A stretch of 38,049 nucleotides of DNA, from positions 1 through 38,049 of IMG/VR virus record IMGVR_UViG_2802429217_000005; one strand, 5' to 3'. The notes beneath the pieces were generated by a model. That model was not told where the DNA came from. It ran no database searches and was given only the letters and a program-made list of their open reading frames with translations. Positions 19,106 to 27,466 of the stretch are shown in pieces (the first letter of the stretch is position 1; each line of letters opens with the position of its first letter). Both the position numbers and the translations under genes were made by a program. This DNA is from a virus. Lineage: Duplodnaviria > Heunggongvirae > Uroviricota > Caudoviricetes.

Positions 19106-20191
19106 TTAGCTCCTGTTCTTATCTAATTGTGCATTTCGCAATTTATCGTTCAGCACCAATATTTCACCAACTGTTTGTTCAAAACGCCCGGACTCAAGTT
19201 CAACCCCAATCGTGCGACGCCCCAATCCCATTGCTGCTTTTATTGTTGCCCCCGATCCCATAAAAAAATCCGCAACCACATCCCCCGGACGACTGCTGGC
19301 AGAAATTATCTGACGCAACATATCCGCCGGTTTTTCGCAGGGATGCTTACCCGGATAATACTGTACGGGCTTATGCGTCCAGACATCCGTATAAGGAACG
19401 GCGGCCGATACAGAAAAATAACGCCGCAGAGATTTGTATTCCTCAAGCAGACTGGCATATTGCCGGTTCAGTTCACTGTATGTGCTGACCAGCAGTTGGT
19501 GTGGCGTTGCCAGCTCCCCACGCTGGTGTTTTTCTTCTGCAACACGCGCGAACAGCGCCTGCAGTTTTCTGTAATCAGCTTCGTTCGGTAACTGCCACTG
19601 ACTGGTACCAAACCAGTGCGACACCATGTTTTTCTTTCCGGTGGCTTCCGCTATCTGTTTGGACGTTATTCCCAGTGATTCACGCGCATCACGAAAGTAA
19701 AAAATCAGCGGGGCCATGACGTGTTGTTTAAGCTCGCGCTCCTTTGCCGCATAGCCGGCATTTTTTGGCTGATATGGCCCCTGATAATGTTCGGCAAACA
19801 GAATGCGCTCTGTTGCCGGGAAATACGCCCGCAGGCTTTCTTTGTTGCACCCGTTCCAGCGTCCGGACGGCTTCGCCCAGATAATGTGGTTCAGCACATT
19901 AAAGCGCTCACGCATCATGATTTCGATATCAGATGCCAGGCGATGACCACAAAACAGGTAAAGACTTCCGGCAGGCTTCAGTACCCGCCAGAACTGAGCC
20001 AGACACTGGTCCAGCCATTTCAGGTAATCATCGTCTCCCTTCCACTGGTTATCCCAGCCCTCGGGCTTCACTTTAAAATATGGCGGGTCTGTGACTATAA
20101 GATCGACAGAGTTTTCCGATAAGGTCTGGATAAATTCCAGGCAATCGGTGTTGATTAACTCACAACTGGATATTTTTACAGTATCAACCAT
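19106..20191 (-). CDS. orphan DNA methyltransferase (N6-adenine/N4-cytosine class, DPPY motif)
   Basis: 361-aa ORF with motif IV DPPY near the N-terminus (LIVTDPPYF) and the AdoMet-binding motif near the C-terminus (DFFMGSGAT); no adjacent restriction endonuclease gene recognised. Confidence 0.85.
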   Translation of the reverse strand: MVDTVKISSCELINTDCLEFIQTLSENSVDLIVTDPPYFKVKPEGWDNQWKGDDDYLKWLDQCLAQFWRVLKPAGSLYLFCGHRLASDIEIMMRERFNVLNHIIWAKPSGRWNGCNKESLRAYFPATERILFAEHYQGPYQPKNAGYAAKERELKQHVMAPLIFYFRDARESLGITSKQIAEATGKKNMVSHWFGTSQWQLPNEADYRKLQALFARVAEEKHQRGELATPHQLLVSTYSELNRQYASLLEEYKSLRRYFSVSAAVPYTDVWTHKPVQYYPGKHPCEKPADMLRQIISASSRPGDVVADFFMGSGATIKAAMGLGRRTIGVELESGRFEQTVGEILVLNDKLRNAQLDKNRS

Positions 20192-20331
20192 AGATCAATA
20201 AGCACTTCTCTGATAGGCTCATACCGCTTTTGCGCAAAGCGGATGGGCCTGAGGTTTGCTTGTGACCCCGATTCATGAGCAGATGGCTGGCAGGTGCCGC
20301 TAACACCCACCAGCCGCCCATTACCACAAAG

Positions 20332-20355
20332 TAAAAAGCCTTCACTGCGGAAGGC
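20332..20355 (-). terminator. candidate intrinsic terminator between the winged-helix gene and the methyltransferase gene
   Basis: On the minus strand: GCCUUC-CGCAGU-GAAGGC followed by UUUUU, overlapping the stop of the 65-aa ORF. Confidence 0.5.
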
Positions 20356-20539
20356 GTCTGTAACAACCGAACTGATAATCTGCCAGACCCGCCATAACAA
20401 GCTGGGTCAGTATTAACTGACAGCGTTCGCGTGAAAGGTAAGTATTCTGCGCAATTTCCCCAACTGTTGCCGGTTCAGTGACGCTTAATTCATTAAACAC
20501 CACTCTGGCTGTTTCTGTCATATCCTGCTGTTTTAGCAT
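20342..20539 (-). CDS. small putative winged-helix DNA-binding protein
   Basis: 65-aa ORF; ATVGEIAQNTYLSRERCQLILTQLVMAGL resembles a MarR-like winged-helix recognition region; family not recognised. Confidence 0.4.
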   Translation of the reverse strand: MLKQQDMTETARVVFNELSVTEPATVGEIAQNTYLSRERCQLILTQLVMAGLADYQFGCYRRLPQ

Positions 20540-20712
20540 GTCTTTTTCTCTTTATTGGTTAACGTGACATACCAATAACTCTTGTCGAAGAAGCCAGCAA
20601 GCTGAAAGACCGGTATTAATAACCACCTGCACATTTTATGTACCGAACCATTTTTCTGGCATAAAAAACCTCTCAATGGCGGGCGGTAAAAATCTTTGTT
20701 ACTCAAGAAATT

Positions 20713-21426
20713 TTAACGCACTCTGACTGTATTAATTTCAAAATCATTAATATTTCCGCTATTAAATATAACGAATTTCTTACTCCCACTCCTGTATGAT
20801 TTCGATAACACCAGACGATCATCATAACGCGCAATAATGTAATACCATACATTCTCATAGTGGATCACCTGATATTCCCTCTTAAACTGTGGTTTGTACC
20901 AACCGGCAATAAGAGAGAATGCCCAGAAATAAATCATAAACCCAGCCATCATGAACTCAATTCGGTGATGGCGAATAAAAGACATTTCCGAAAAACATTT
21001 GACTGAAACAAGTCTTCTTCCAGACCTGACAAAAAGCGTGATTGTAAAGGCAGCAAGAATGCAGAAAATCAGTACATCTGGCTCAACATGCTGATGAATT
21101 ACCGAAAACTCCAGAACAGGTGGAATAAAAAGCAGCAATATCGCGAGAAAAAGCCGGATAAAACTCAAATTTTGTATATTGCGCTTTTGTTTTATGCCCA
21201 AAAAGAAAACAATACCAACTCCCCATCCAATAAGGAATATAACGATAACTGTCACAGCATAAAACAAACTTCGTGCAACATCATCGACACCAGCCCCGAC
21301 AACCCACCATGGAAAGCCATAGTAAAATGAAGTACCCCATCCATAGAAATAAGCGCTTCCCCATCCTAGACAGCCCATATAAGCAACAAAAAGTGAAGAG
21401 TTTCTGAGCAGAGCACTGTCATTCAT
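20713..21426 (-). CDS. multi-pass membrane protein of unknown function (late-region moron)
   Basis: 237-aa ORF with about five hydrophobic Trp/Tyr-rich segments; visibly AT-rich DNA; first gene downstream of the candidate tR'. Confidence 0.55.
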   Translation of the reverse strand: MNDSALLRNSSLFVAYMGCLGWGSAYFYGWGTSFYYGFPWWVVGAGVDDVARSLFYAVTVIVIFLIGWGVGIVFFLGIKQKRNIQNLSFIRLFLAILLLFIPPVLEFSVIHQHVEPDVLIFCILAAFTITLFVRSGRRLVSVKCFSEMSFIRHHRIEFMMAGFMIYFWAFSLIAGWYKPQFKREYQVIHYENVWYYIIARYDDRLVLSKSYRSGSKKFVIFNSGNINDFEINTVRVR

Positions 21427-21565
21427 AGTAACACCATTAACAACTCAAAAATATCAACACATATTACATAACAAATTGGATTCCATGCAGTCAAGGGGCG
21501 TCATTGATGGAGAAAGTATTGGCACAATCGTCATCACGTTTAATGTCTATGCCATTTTTTGGGGG

Positions 21566-21593
21566 GATAAAAAACCCGCTCGGTCGCGGGTTT
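21566..21593 (-). terminator. candidate tR'-type intrinsic terminator downstream of Q
   Basis: Minus-strand AAAACCCGC-GACCGA-GCGGGUUUUUUA: GC stem flanked by an A-tract and a 6-U tract. Confidence 0.6.
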
Positions 21594-21639
21594 TACTAGC
21601 TTTGCCATCACGTATAAAAACAGCAAAATATCAGATTTA

Positions 21640-21675
21640 CACGAAATATATGCGTTTTAATCTACTTTTGCAATA
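21640..21675 (-). promoter_or_regulatory. candidate late promoter pR'
   Basis: On the minus strand: -35 TTGCAA (21667-21672), 18-bp spacer, -10 TATATT (21643-21648); begins 9 nt after the Q stop and about 50-75 nt upstream of the terminator. Confidence 0.35.
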
Positions 21676-21680
21676 CTTTG

Positions 21681-22346
21681 CTATGAAAATGCCGCCTTTT
21701 GTTTTGAACGTGTTCTCTCCACTAACAATAAAGCTTCACTATCCAGCCGATGAAAAATGTGTTTCATTGCAACCCAGTGACCAGTAAATGTCTTGGACCA
21801 GTTTTTGGTTGTTACTCCCACCAGTAACGCCAGTTCCTGGTATTCATAACCTTCCCCACCAAAAAGCTCAGCTTTTACCGCCTGCGCCGCCAACCAGATC
21901 AACGTCTTCAGGCGCACCAGAGTTTTTCCTGCAATTTTTCTGGTACCGGATTGAGCATTAAATTCAGTCCACGCCCACTGCGTTATCGCGATCTTATACT
22001 CCCAGCAAATGCTACCGCTGTAACACCACAGCACCCACGCCTTCTGATGCTCTTCAAGAGACAGAACGGCGCGTCGCCATGATGATGTCGAAAACTCAAC
22101 CGGACTGACCAGGGCAATTGATGAACCTTTCGCCAGCGATTGCTTTCCCGGGATCGGTGGATTATCCAGCGTTACTATTTTTCCAGTGACCTTATCGCGG
22201 TACCGGATTTTTTTACGTCTGTAACGCCCTGTATTGAACATGGCATTCTCCTGCCAGGCTTCAAGCTGACCTTTTGTTGCTCCACTCAAATCAGCGGTGG
22301 CGATCGTGAGCTGCTCACGCACAAACTGTAAATACTGGTTATTCAT
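21681..22346 (-). CDS. putative late antiterminator Q (non-lambda Q family)
   Basis: 221 aa from the ATG at 22346, which overlaps the rusA stop; position directly after RusA and before a promoter-terminator pair matches Q; family identity is from recall only. Confidence 0.5.
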   Translation of the reverse strand: MNNQYLQFVREQLTIATADLSGATKGQLEAWQENAMFNTGRYRRKKIRYRDKVTGKIVTLDNPPIPGKQSLAKGSSIALVSPVEFSTSSWRRAVLSLEEHQKAWVLWCYSGSICWEYKIAITQWAWTEFNAQSGTRKIAGKTLVRLKTLIWLAAQAVKAELFGGEGYEYQELALLVGVTTKNWSKTFTGHWVAMKHIFHRLDSEALLLVERTRSKQKAAFS

Positions 22347-22702
22347 GCGCACTCCAGTTCTGTGATTTTTATCCCCAGCCGACCACCGGGAATAACCTGA
22401 CCGCGCATAATATTAACTTCATCAAACTGCTCATCGTCGATAAGCAGTCCCGCATGTGTCAGTGCATCCAGTGGTGCTTTCAGAATATTGTCCAGGTCAC
22501 GACGGCGCTTATCCGGCGGCTCTGCAATAATTTTTATTGCCAGCCTTCCGGACAGATTTAATTTCAGTCGCTGCTGGCGAACAATAAGCGCCACATCCCG
22601 GCGATAACGCTCCCCTGCTTTTGATACAAAATATGTGCTGCCACGACGACGCCAGTAGGTATTCACCGTCGGAGGGTAAGGCAAAACAAATTCTATCCCC
22701 AT
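22343..22702 (-). CDS. rusA: Holliday junction resolvase RusA
   Basis: 119-aa ORF with the RusA signature (LPYPPTVNTYWRRRG ... PDKRRRDLDNILKAPLDALTHAGLLIDDEQ); AGAGG Shine-Dalgarno. Confidence 0.9.
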   Translation of the reverse strand: MGIEFVLPYPPTVNTYWRRRGSTYFVSKAGERYRRDVALIVRQQRLKLNLSGRLAIKIIAEPPDKRRRDLDNILKAPLDALTHAGLLIDDEQFDEVNIMRGQVIPGGRLGIKITELECA

Positions 22703-22714
22703 CAGTAACCTCTT

Positions 22715-23764
22715 TTATCCGAGTACGCCCGTTGCAAAGGCGTGATCAAGAAAACGAAAAATTAAATCAACCTGAGAACCATGCTTTTCTTCGAACGCCT
22801 GCGGATCTGCATGAAGTTCGTTGTGATGTTCCCGGCACAGCGGCAACGTAAAAATATCGTGGGCTTTTGTCCCCATTCCGCCCTGACCGTGACCAATCAG
22901 GTGATGGGGATCGTCTGCTGGCTTACAACAACATGTACACGGCTGTGTCTTTACCCAGCGCGTGTATTTCTCATTCACCCAGCGGCGACGTTTAGGCCGC
23001 TTCATGAATGATTCCGGTGACTCCGGATCAACGGCAATGCTGACCACCGTCTTTTCCTGTGGTGGGTTCTGTTGCTGGTGGGCGTGAGGCAACAGCGCAA
23101 AATTTTTTGTGCGCTGCTTCAGTATGCTGGTGGCTGTCTGTTCTCCCGGTATGATGTCACTCTCGCGGTATACTGAGTGGATTTTTTCCGCGCGTAACCC
23201 CAGAGAACGATGTAATACTGCCTCCGGTATTGCGTCCGCTACCTGATTGCAGAGCGCCCACCAGGATAATTCAGCCAGCGATAATTCCCGTTCTTGTGCA
23301 CCACTTATTGCGTGACGTATGACGTCAATCATCCAGGCTGTCAGATTTTGTTGAGCAAGCTGCCCGAGTGATTCGGATGTCTGGTCGCGCAGCTGGTTGT
23401 CGCAGTGCCAGCACAACACCATTGCGCCGGTACCGTAACGATGTATGACGGTTTCACTGTGGTGATAGTCTCCATGAGGCCACTGGCAGGATTTAACATG
23501 ACGCAGGAGCCAGTCAGACAGTGCGCCAGCGCCGCCAGCAGCACGAATCACACGCTCATCGCTGAAAAACGGCAGCAATGTTTTATCTTCCGCCAGCGGC
23601 TGGCGAACGGCAGGAACGACTCCGGACGGCAGACCGCGCATGTTTTTCGGTTCCTGCTCCACCAGCACCCTGCCGTTATGGAATACCTGCATGGATTCAC
23701 GGCCTGGCTTAACGATAACCAGCCCAAGTTCCGGTACCAGAACAGGTCGAAGTAATACCCGCAC
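22715..23764 (-). CDS. DUF968-family protein (YdfU-like) with C-terminal Cys/His cluster
   Basis: 349-aa ORF; C-terminal QPCTCCCKPADDPHHLIGHGQGG ... LPLCREHHNELH; resembles prophage YdfU as recalled. Track start is a GTG; an ATG alternative is at 23692. Confidence 0.6.
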   Translation of the reverse strand: MRVLLRPVLVPELGLVIVKPGRESMQVFHNGRVLVEQEPKNMRGLPSGVVPAVRQPLAEDKTLLPFFSDERVIRAAGGAGALSDWLLRHVKSCQWPHGDYHHSETVIHRYGTGAMVLCWHCDNQLRDQTSESLGQLAQQNLTAWMIDVIRHAISGAQERELSLAELSWWALCNQVADAIPEAVLHRSLGLRAEKIHSVYRESDIIPGEQTATSILKQRTKNFALLPHAHQQQNPPQEKTVVSIAVDPESPESFMKRPKRRRWVNEKYTRWVKTQPCTCCCKPADDPHHLIGHGQGGMGTKAHDIFTLPLCREHHNELHADPQAFEEKHGSQVDLIFRFLDHAFATGVLG

Positions 23765-23765
23765 G

Positions 23766-24044
23766 TTACCTCCAGATCCGTTGCTGGAATGTGCGGGACT
23801 GACGCGGTGGGCGTTCGGAATAAGGAAGCCTGACGTAGATTATCCAGTGACGATAATCGGGGCTGAGGGCTTTCTTAATCTCGTATCCGCGTCTGCGGTA
23901 GCAATGAATTAACCATTCAGCCTGTTCTTCAGTGCATGGAGAATGCTGGAACCAGTCCGATTTGAATGCGTGAAAACGCCGTCCGCACCTGCTGGCAAAG
24001 ACGGCAGAATCATCAGAATTGTGTAATTTGGTATCGTGCGCCAT
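23766..24044 (-). CDS. hypothetical protein
   Basis: About 92 aa from the ATG at 24044 (MAHDTKLHNSDDSAVFASRCGRRFH...); directly upstream of the DUF968 gene; no family recognised. Confidence 0.35.
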   Translation of the reverse strand: MAHDTKLHNSDDSAVFASRCGRRFHAFKSDWFQHSPCTEEQAEWLIHCYRRRGYEIKKALSPDYRHWIIYVRLPYSERPPRQSRTFQQRIWR

Positions 24045-24503
24045 CGGTTGTCTCTGCTGGCGCAGCAGGTGCCAGTTGTTCAGGCTGGCGTATAAAGTAT
24101 AAATAAACTGGTTCCAGTGTAAAGCCCCTACATTAATGAAATAAAAATCAAACAACAGATTGCTGGGATAAAACACAACGCTTATTATTAAAAGCGATTA
24201 GATAAATTAAATTTTAATGTTATGCAAATTTGCCAGATCACCATAATATCTCGTTTGAAACCACCGAAATAACAACCATATCAATATTGATTATGTTAAA
24301 GCGAGTAAATATGGAAAACAACAAATCTGCACATTACGCTCCTTTTTTATCTGTGATACTTTTTGTTTTATGCTGTGTGTGGGCATTATTTTTATAAAAA
24401 TATTTACAGATAAAATAAACCCGCCGAATCAAGTTAAGTGTGGGTGCATTGAGGATGCCTGACTCATCAGAGGTGGCGAGGGATTTCTCCCTCGCCAGGT
24501 CTC

Positions 24504-24659
24504 TTACTCCTCAGGTTCGTAAGCTGTGAAGACAGCGACCTCCGTTTGGCTGGTTCGGATTCGTACCTCACAGAGATCTTTCCTCGTTACCAGTGCCGTC
24601 ACAATGACGGTTAAACAGATGACGATCAGGGCGATTAACATCGCCTTTTGCTGCTCCAT
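24504..24659 (-). CDS. hok: Hok-family type I toxin (HokD/RelF-like)
   Basis: 51-codon ORF missed by the >=60-aa track: MEQQKAMLIALIVICLTVIVTALVTRKDLCEVRIRTSQTEVAVFTAYEPEE, near-identical to E. coli HokD as recalled; AGGAG 9 nt upstream. Confidence 0.85.
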   Translation of the reverse strand: MEQQKAMLIALIVICLTVIVTALVTRKDLCEVRIRTSQTEVAVFTAYEPEE

Positions 24660-24841
24660 AGCCTGCTTCTCCTAGCCTTTCGGCACGTAAGAGGCTAACC
24701 TACATTTGTGAGACATAGATTGGGCCTCAGATTAATGTTAAGCGTCTTGCAGGACGCTTAATGTTAACTGTGCTTTTCTTTATCTGCCTTTTGGTGTTCA
24801 TGCCTGAGACAGATAGCCTCAATCACCCGCAGCGATTTTAC

Positions 24842-24856
24842 TTACCCTCCCCTCTA
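24842..24856. repeat. left copy of a 15-bp perfect direct repeat TTACCCTCCCCTCTA
   Basis: Exact 15-mer, repeated at 25962-25976; the flanks continue as an imperfect repeat (CGATACTACAAC vs CGATATACTA...GCTACAAC). Confidence 0.8.
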
Positions 24857-24943
24857 GTTCATTCGATACTACAACTTTATTTTCTTTTCGTTGTCTATAT
24901 AGTAAATAACATGTAATAAAAGTTACTCACTAACAATGGAGAG

Positions 24944-25168
24944 ATGCATATGCCCACACTTATCGGAAAAGTGCTTCGTCGATACACAAGTGCTGTAGCA
25001 ACCCATGTTGACACCCATCTTGAGCAAACGACAAAATATCGTCTTACAGTTGATGCGAACGGTAATGCCACCCTGAACATAGAAAACCCAGAAGTTCAAG
25101 CAGACATCATCAAGAAAATGAAACAATTGCGAAAACTACATAACCGTACAGACAAGGAAGTTGCTTAA
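24944..25168 (+). CDS. small basic protein of unknown function (first gene of the repeat-bounded operon)
   Basis: 74-aa ORF (likely start at the ATG at 24950, GGAGAG 6 nt upstream); its TAA overlaps the ATG of the next gene (TAATG); candidate -35 TTGTCT / -10 TAATAA upstream. Confidence 0.5.
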   Translation: MHMPTLIGKVLRRYTSAVATHVDTHLEQTTKYRLTVDANGNATLNIENPEVQADIIKKMKQLRKLHNRTDKEVA

Positions 25169-25959
25169 TGGGTCCATTGATTATAACTGTGATTCTCGTG
25201 TGTGGTTTTTGGTACACCGAGAATCACTATCAATCGAGAATTCATCACGCAAGAACAAATGGGTGGTCATCCTATTTCTACGTTGCAATGCATGGGTGTC
25301 GTTTTGTTGCTCAAGGATTTCTTTTGACGCTCGGGATCTACATGCTTTTCTGGCTACTGAACTCTATCCCACACATAATCAATATTTTCCGAGACAAACC
25401 TATAGAATGGCATTTTTTTAATTGGTTACTTGAAACCAAAGTGATGGAATTACCACTTTTTGCTGTCATCACCATCATTTTCGCTTGTTGTATTGCTTAC
25501 TCTGAGGGGGTGGATGCGCGAAAAGAAATGGAGAATGAAGAAGCGCGCCAAAAGGCTTACAGGGAGATGGCATCAAAAGATTCACTAGAAAACCTATTGA
25601 TCCAAGCCATTGACACAGAGATGCTGATTTTTGTAACACTAAAATCCAGAAAAGTATATATCGGGTATGTGTCAGCACCACGTGTTGAATTCCACAACAG
25701 TGCGCATCTTGAGATCATACCATTCATTAGTGGTTACAGAGATAAGGACTCACTACGCTACATAGAACAACACCGATACTATGATCTCTATCTATCCAAA
25801 GAAATCACATTTGAGTCCGAACCATTAAATTTACAACATTTTCGACACGTCATTCCTATCGAACAAATTGAAGCGATCTCGCTCTTTGATGAAAGCACGT
25901 ACAGCGATTTTGAAAGATTTTCCGAGCCAATGCCTGACACAAAGCAATTACCAGTATAG
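25168..25959 (+). CDS. membrane protein with three N-terminal TM helices and a ~150-aa C-terminal domain, unknown function
   Basis: 263-aa ORF, translationally coupled to the upstream gene; AAGGAAG Shine-Dalgarno; visibly AT-rich; no family recognised. Confidence 0.6.
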   Translation: MGPLIITVILVCGFWYTENHYQSRIHHARTNGWSSYFYVAMHGCRFVAQGFLLTLGIYMLFWLLNSIPHIINIFRDKPIEWHFFNWLLETKVMELPLFAVITIIFACCIAYSEGVDARKEMENEEARQKAYREMASKDSLENLLIQAIDTEMLIFVTLKSRKVYIGYVSAPRVEFHNSAHLEIIPFISGYRDKDSLRYIEQHRYYDLYLSKEITFESEPLNLQHFRHVIPIEQIEAISLFDESTYSDFERFSEPMPDTKQLPV

Positions 25960-25961
25960 TA

Positions 25962-25976
25962 TTACCCTCCCCTCTA
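25962..25976. repeat. right copy of the 15-bp direct repeat TTACCCTCCCCTCTA
   Basis: Exact match to 24842-24856, 3 nt after the stop of the 263-aa gene. Confidence 0.8.
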
Positions 25977-26282
25977 ACGATATACTAAAAAGCCGCTACA
26001 ACTGGACTGCCCCCATAAAGTTGGACAGTTCATGTTAAGCGGCTTTCAGGGCTTGACCCAACAGAAGTTAGATTGTAAGTATCCCGCTTAAACGGACCAT
26101 CTGGTCTTTGTTCCACGGTGACGTGCTCATACCTCCTGAAATGTGGGAGATTTGAGTATGGTTGTCCCTTATGAGCGAAATTTGCACGAAGCGGATAAGT
26201 TACCGGAGCTGAAGGTCCGCTGTGAGCGAAGAGCGGACCTGAGATTGTGGTATGCTAATTTATGGGGATCAGGTCAATTGTA

Positions 26283-26975
26283 TTAGTTATCTTTTTGCTT
26301 TTCTTTATCCCATTTCTTTGCAGTGGTCTGATACCACTCTTCACGCACTCGTTGTTCCTCGGCTCTGTCACTTGAATTATAGTTGTCCGTTTTAATTTTT
26401 TTGCTTCCATGGGAAATCGGCCTCCAGTCTTCTCTAATCTTTTTCACCTGCTCGGCTATCTGTGTCATTGGACTCCTTGCACCTAAGTAGCTAACCCCCT
26501 CGAAAGAAGCCATATCATAAGAATACTCATTCCGCTCTCTTTCAGTTGAGCCCGGCTGTTTAGACCAACTAATACTAACAGAATAAACTTGATCTTTAAT
26601 CTGTTCATACTTACAAAGACTGCTGTTGAGCGAATGGCCGTTTTTTAATACGCTAACCTTGCTAAATGGTATACCTATATTTTTTCTATGTTCAGCATTT
26701 ACCAGTGGGGGATTAAATCCGATTTCAATATCATAGGCTGGGGCATTTCCGGTATTAGCAATATTGATATCAAAATAAAAAGCAGCCCAAGAATTTGGTT
26801 CAAGAGTCACAACGACGTGAGGTTGAACTGATGCGTCAACCATCCTTTTTGTCTCGTCTGCTAATAGCCTTGTTACTCTCCACAAGAAAAATGTAGCAAC
26901 TGCTGTTAGCAATGCTGCCAAAGCGGAGATAAGTGTGCTTACAGTGTTTATATGCTCTGCGATAAATTCGATCAT
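26283..26975 (-). CDS. N-terminally TM-anchored protein of unknown function
   Basis: 230-aa ORF with one hydrophobic segment (residues ~10-32) and a Lys/Glu-rich C-terminus; AAGGA Shine-Dalgarno; convergent with the repeat-bounded operon. Confidence 0.55.
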   Translation of the reverse strand: MIEFIAEHINTVSTLISALAALLTAVATFFLWRVTRLLADETKRMVDASVQPHVVVTLEPNSWAAFYFDINIANTGNAPAYDIEIGFNPPLVNAEHRKNIGIPFSKVSVLKNGHSLNSSLCKYEQIKDQVYSVSISWSKQPGSTERERNEYSYDMASFEGVSYLGARSPMTQIAEQVKKIREDWRPISHGSKKIKTDNYNSSDRAEEQRVREEWYQTTAKKWDKEKQKDN

Positions 26976-27466
26976 GAGTTGTCCTTGGGGGCGTACTAAT
27001 TGTTTTCAAGACTAAAATAGCGCCGGGCTTGAAAAATTGCACACTTATGGTTCGATTTACCTCAACAGTTAAGGCTTCAGCTTCCCCCATGCACCTCACC
27101 CAGCTCAAGACTGTATGATGTCTGACAAAGAACTTACTGACACTTGAAAACGAGGTAGCGTCTAGGATTTCTCGTAGGGGAAGGATTGAATACGAAGCCT
27201 GTATATTGCTCCGCGAACGCTGCTGAGAGCAGTTTAAATGTTGGGCGTTTATGTGGCCTTTCACTCACCAGCATGAGTTCAATGCCTGTGAATTACCGAC
27301 AACAATATAAAGGGGGTGGCATCATCATATATCCAAGGTAGAGTCAAATCCTTTAACTGGTTTTATGATCAGCGTCAATTGTTTAATTATTGAACGTTTA
27401 CGAAGCGGCACGGGAGTCATATAACTAATGGGCAGGTATAAGCCTGTATCACGAGGAATCAGTAAA

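Noticed and set aside
26836-27264. 142-aa minus-strand ORF
   Set aside because: Overlaps the 5' end of the 230-aa gene in another frame and extends through a promoter-like AT-rich spacer; no ribosome binding site.
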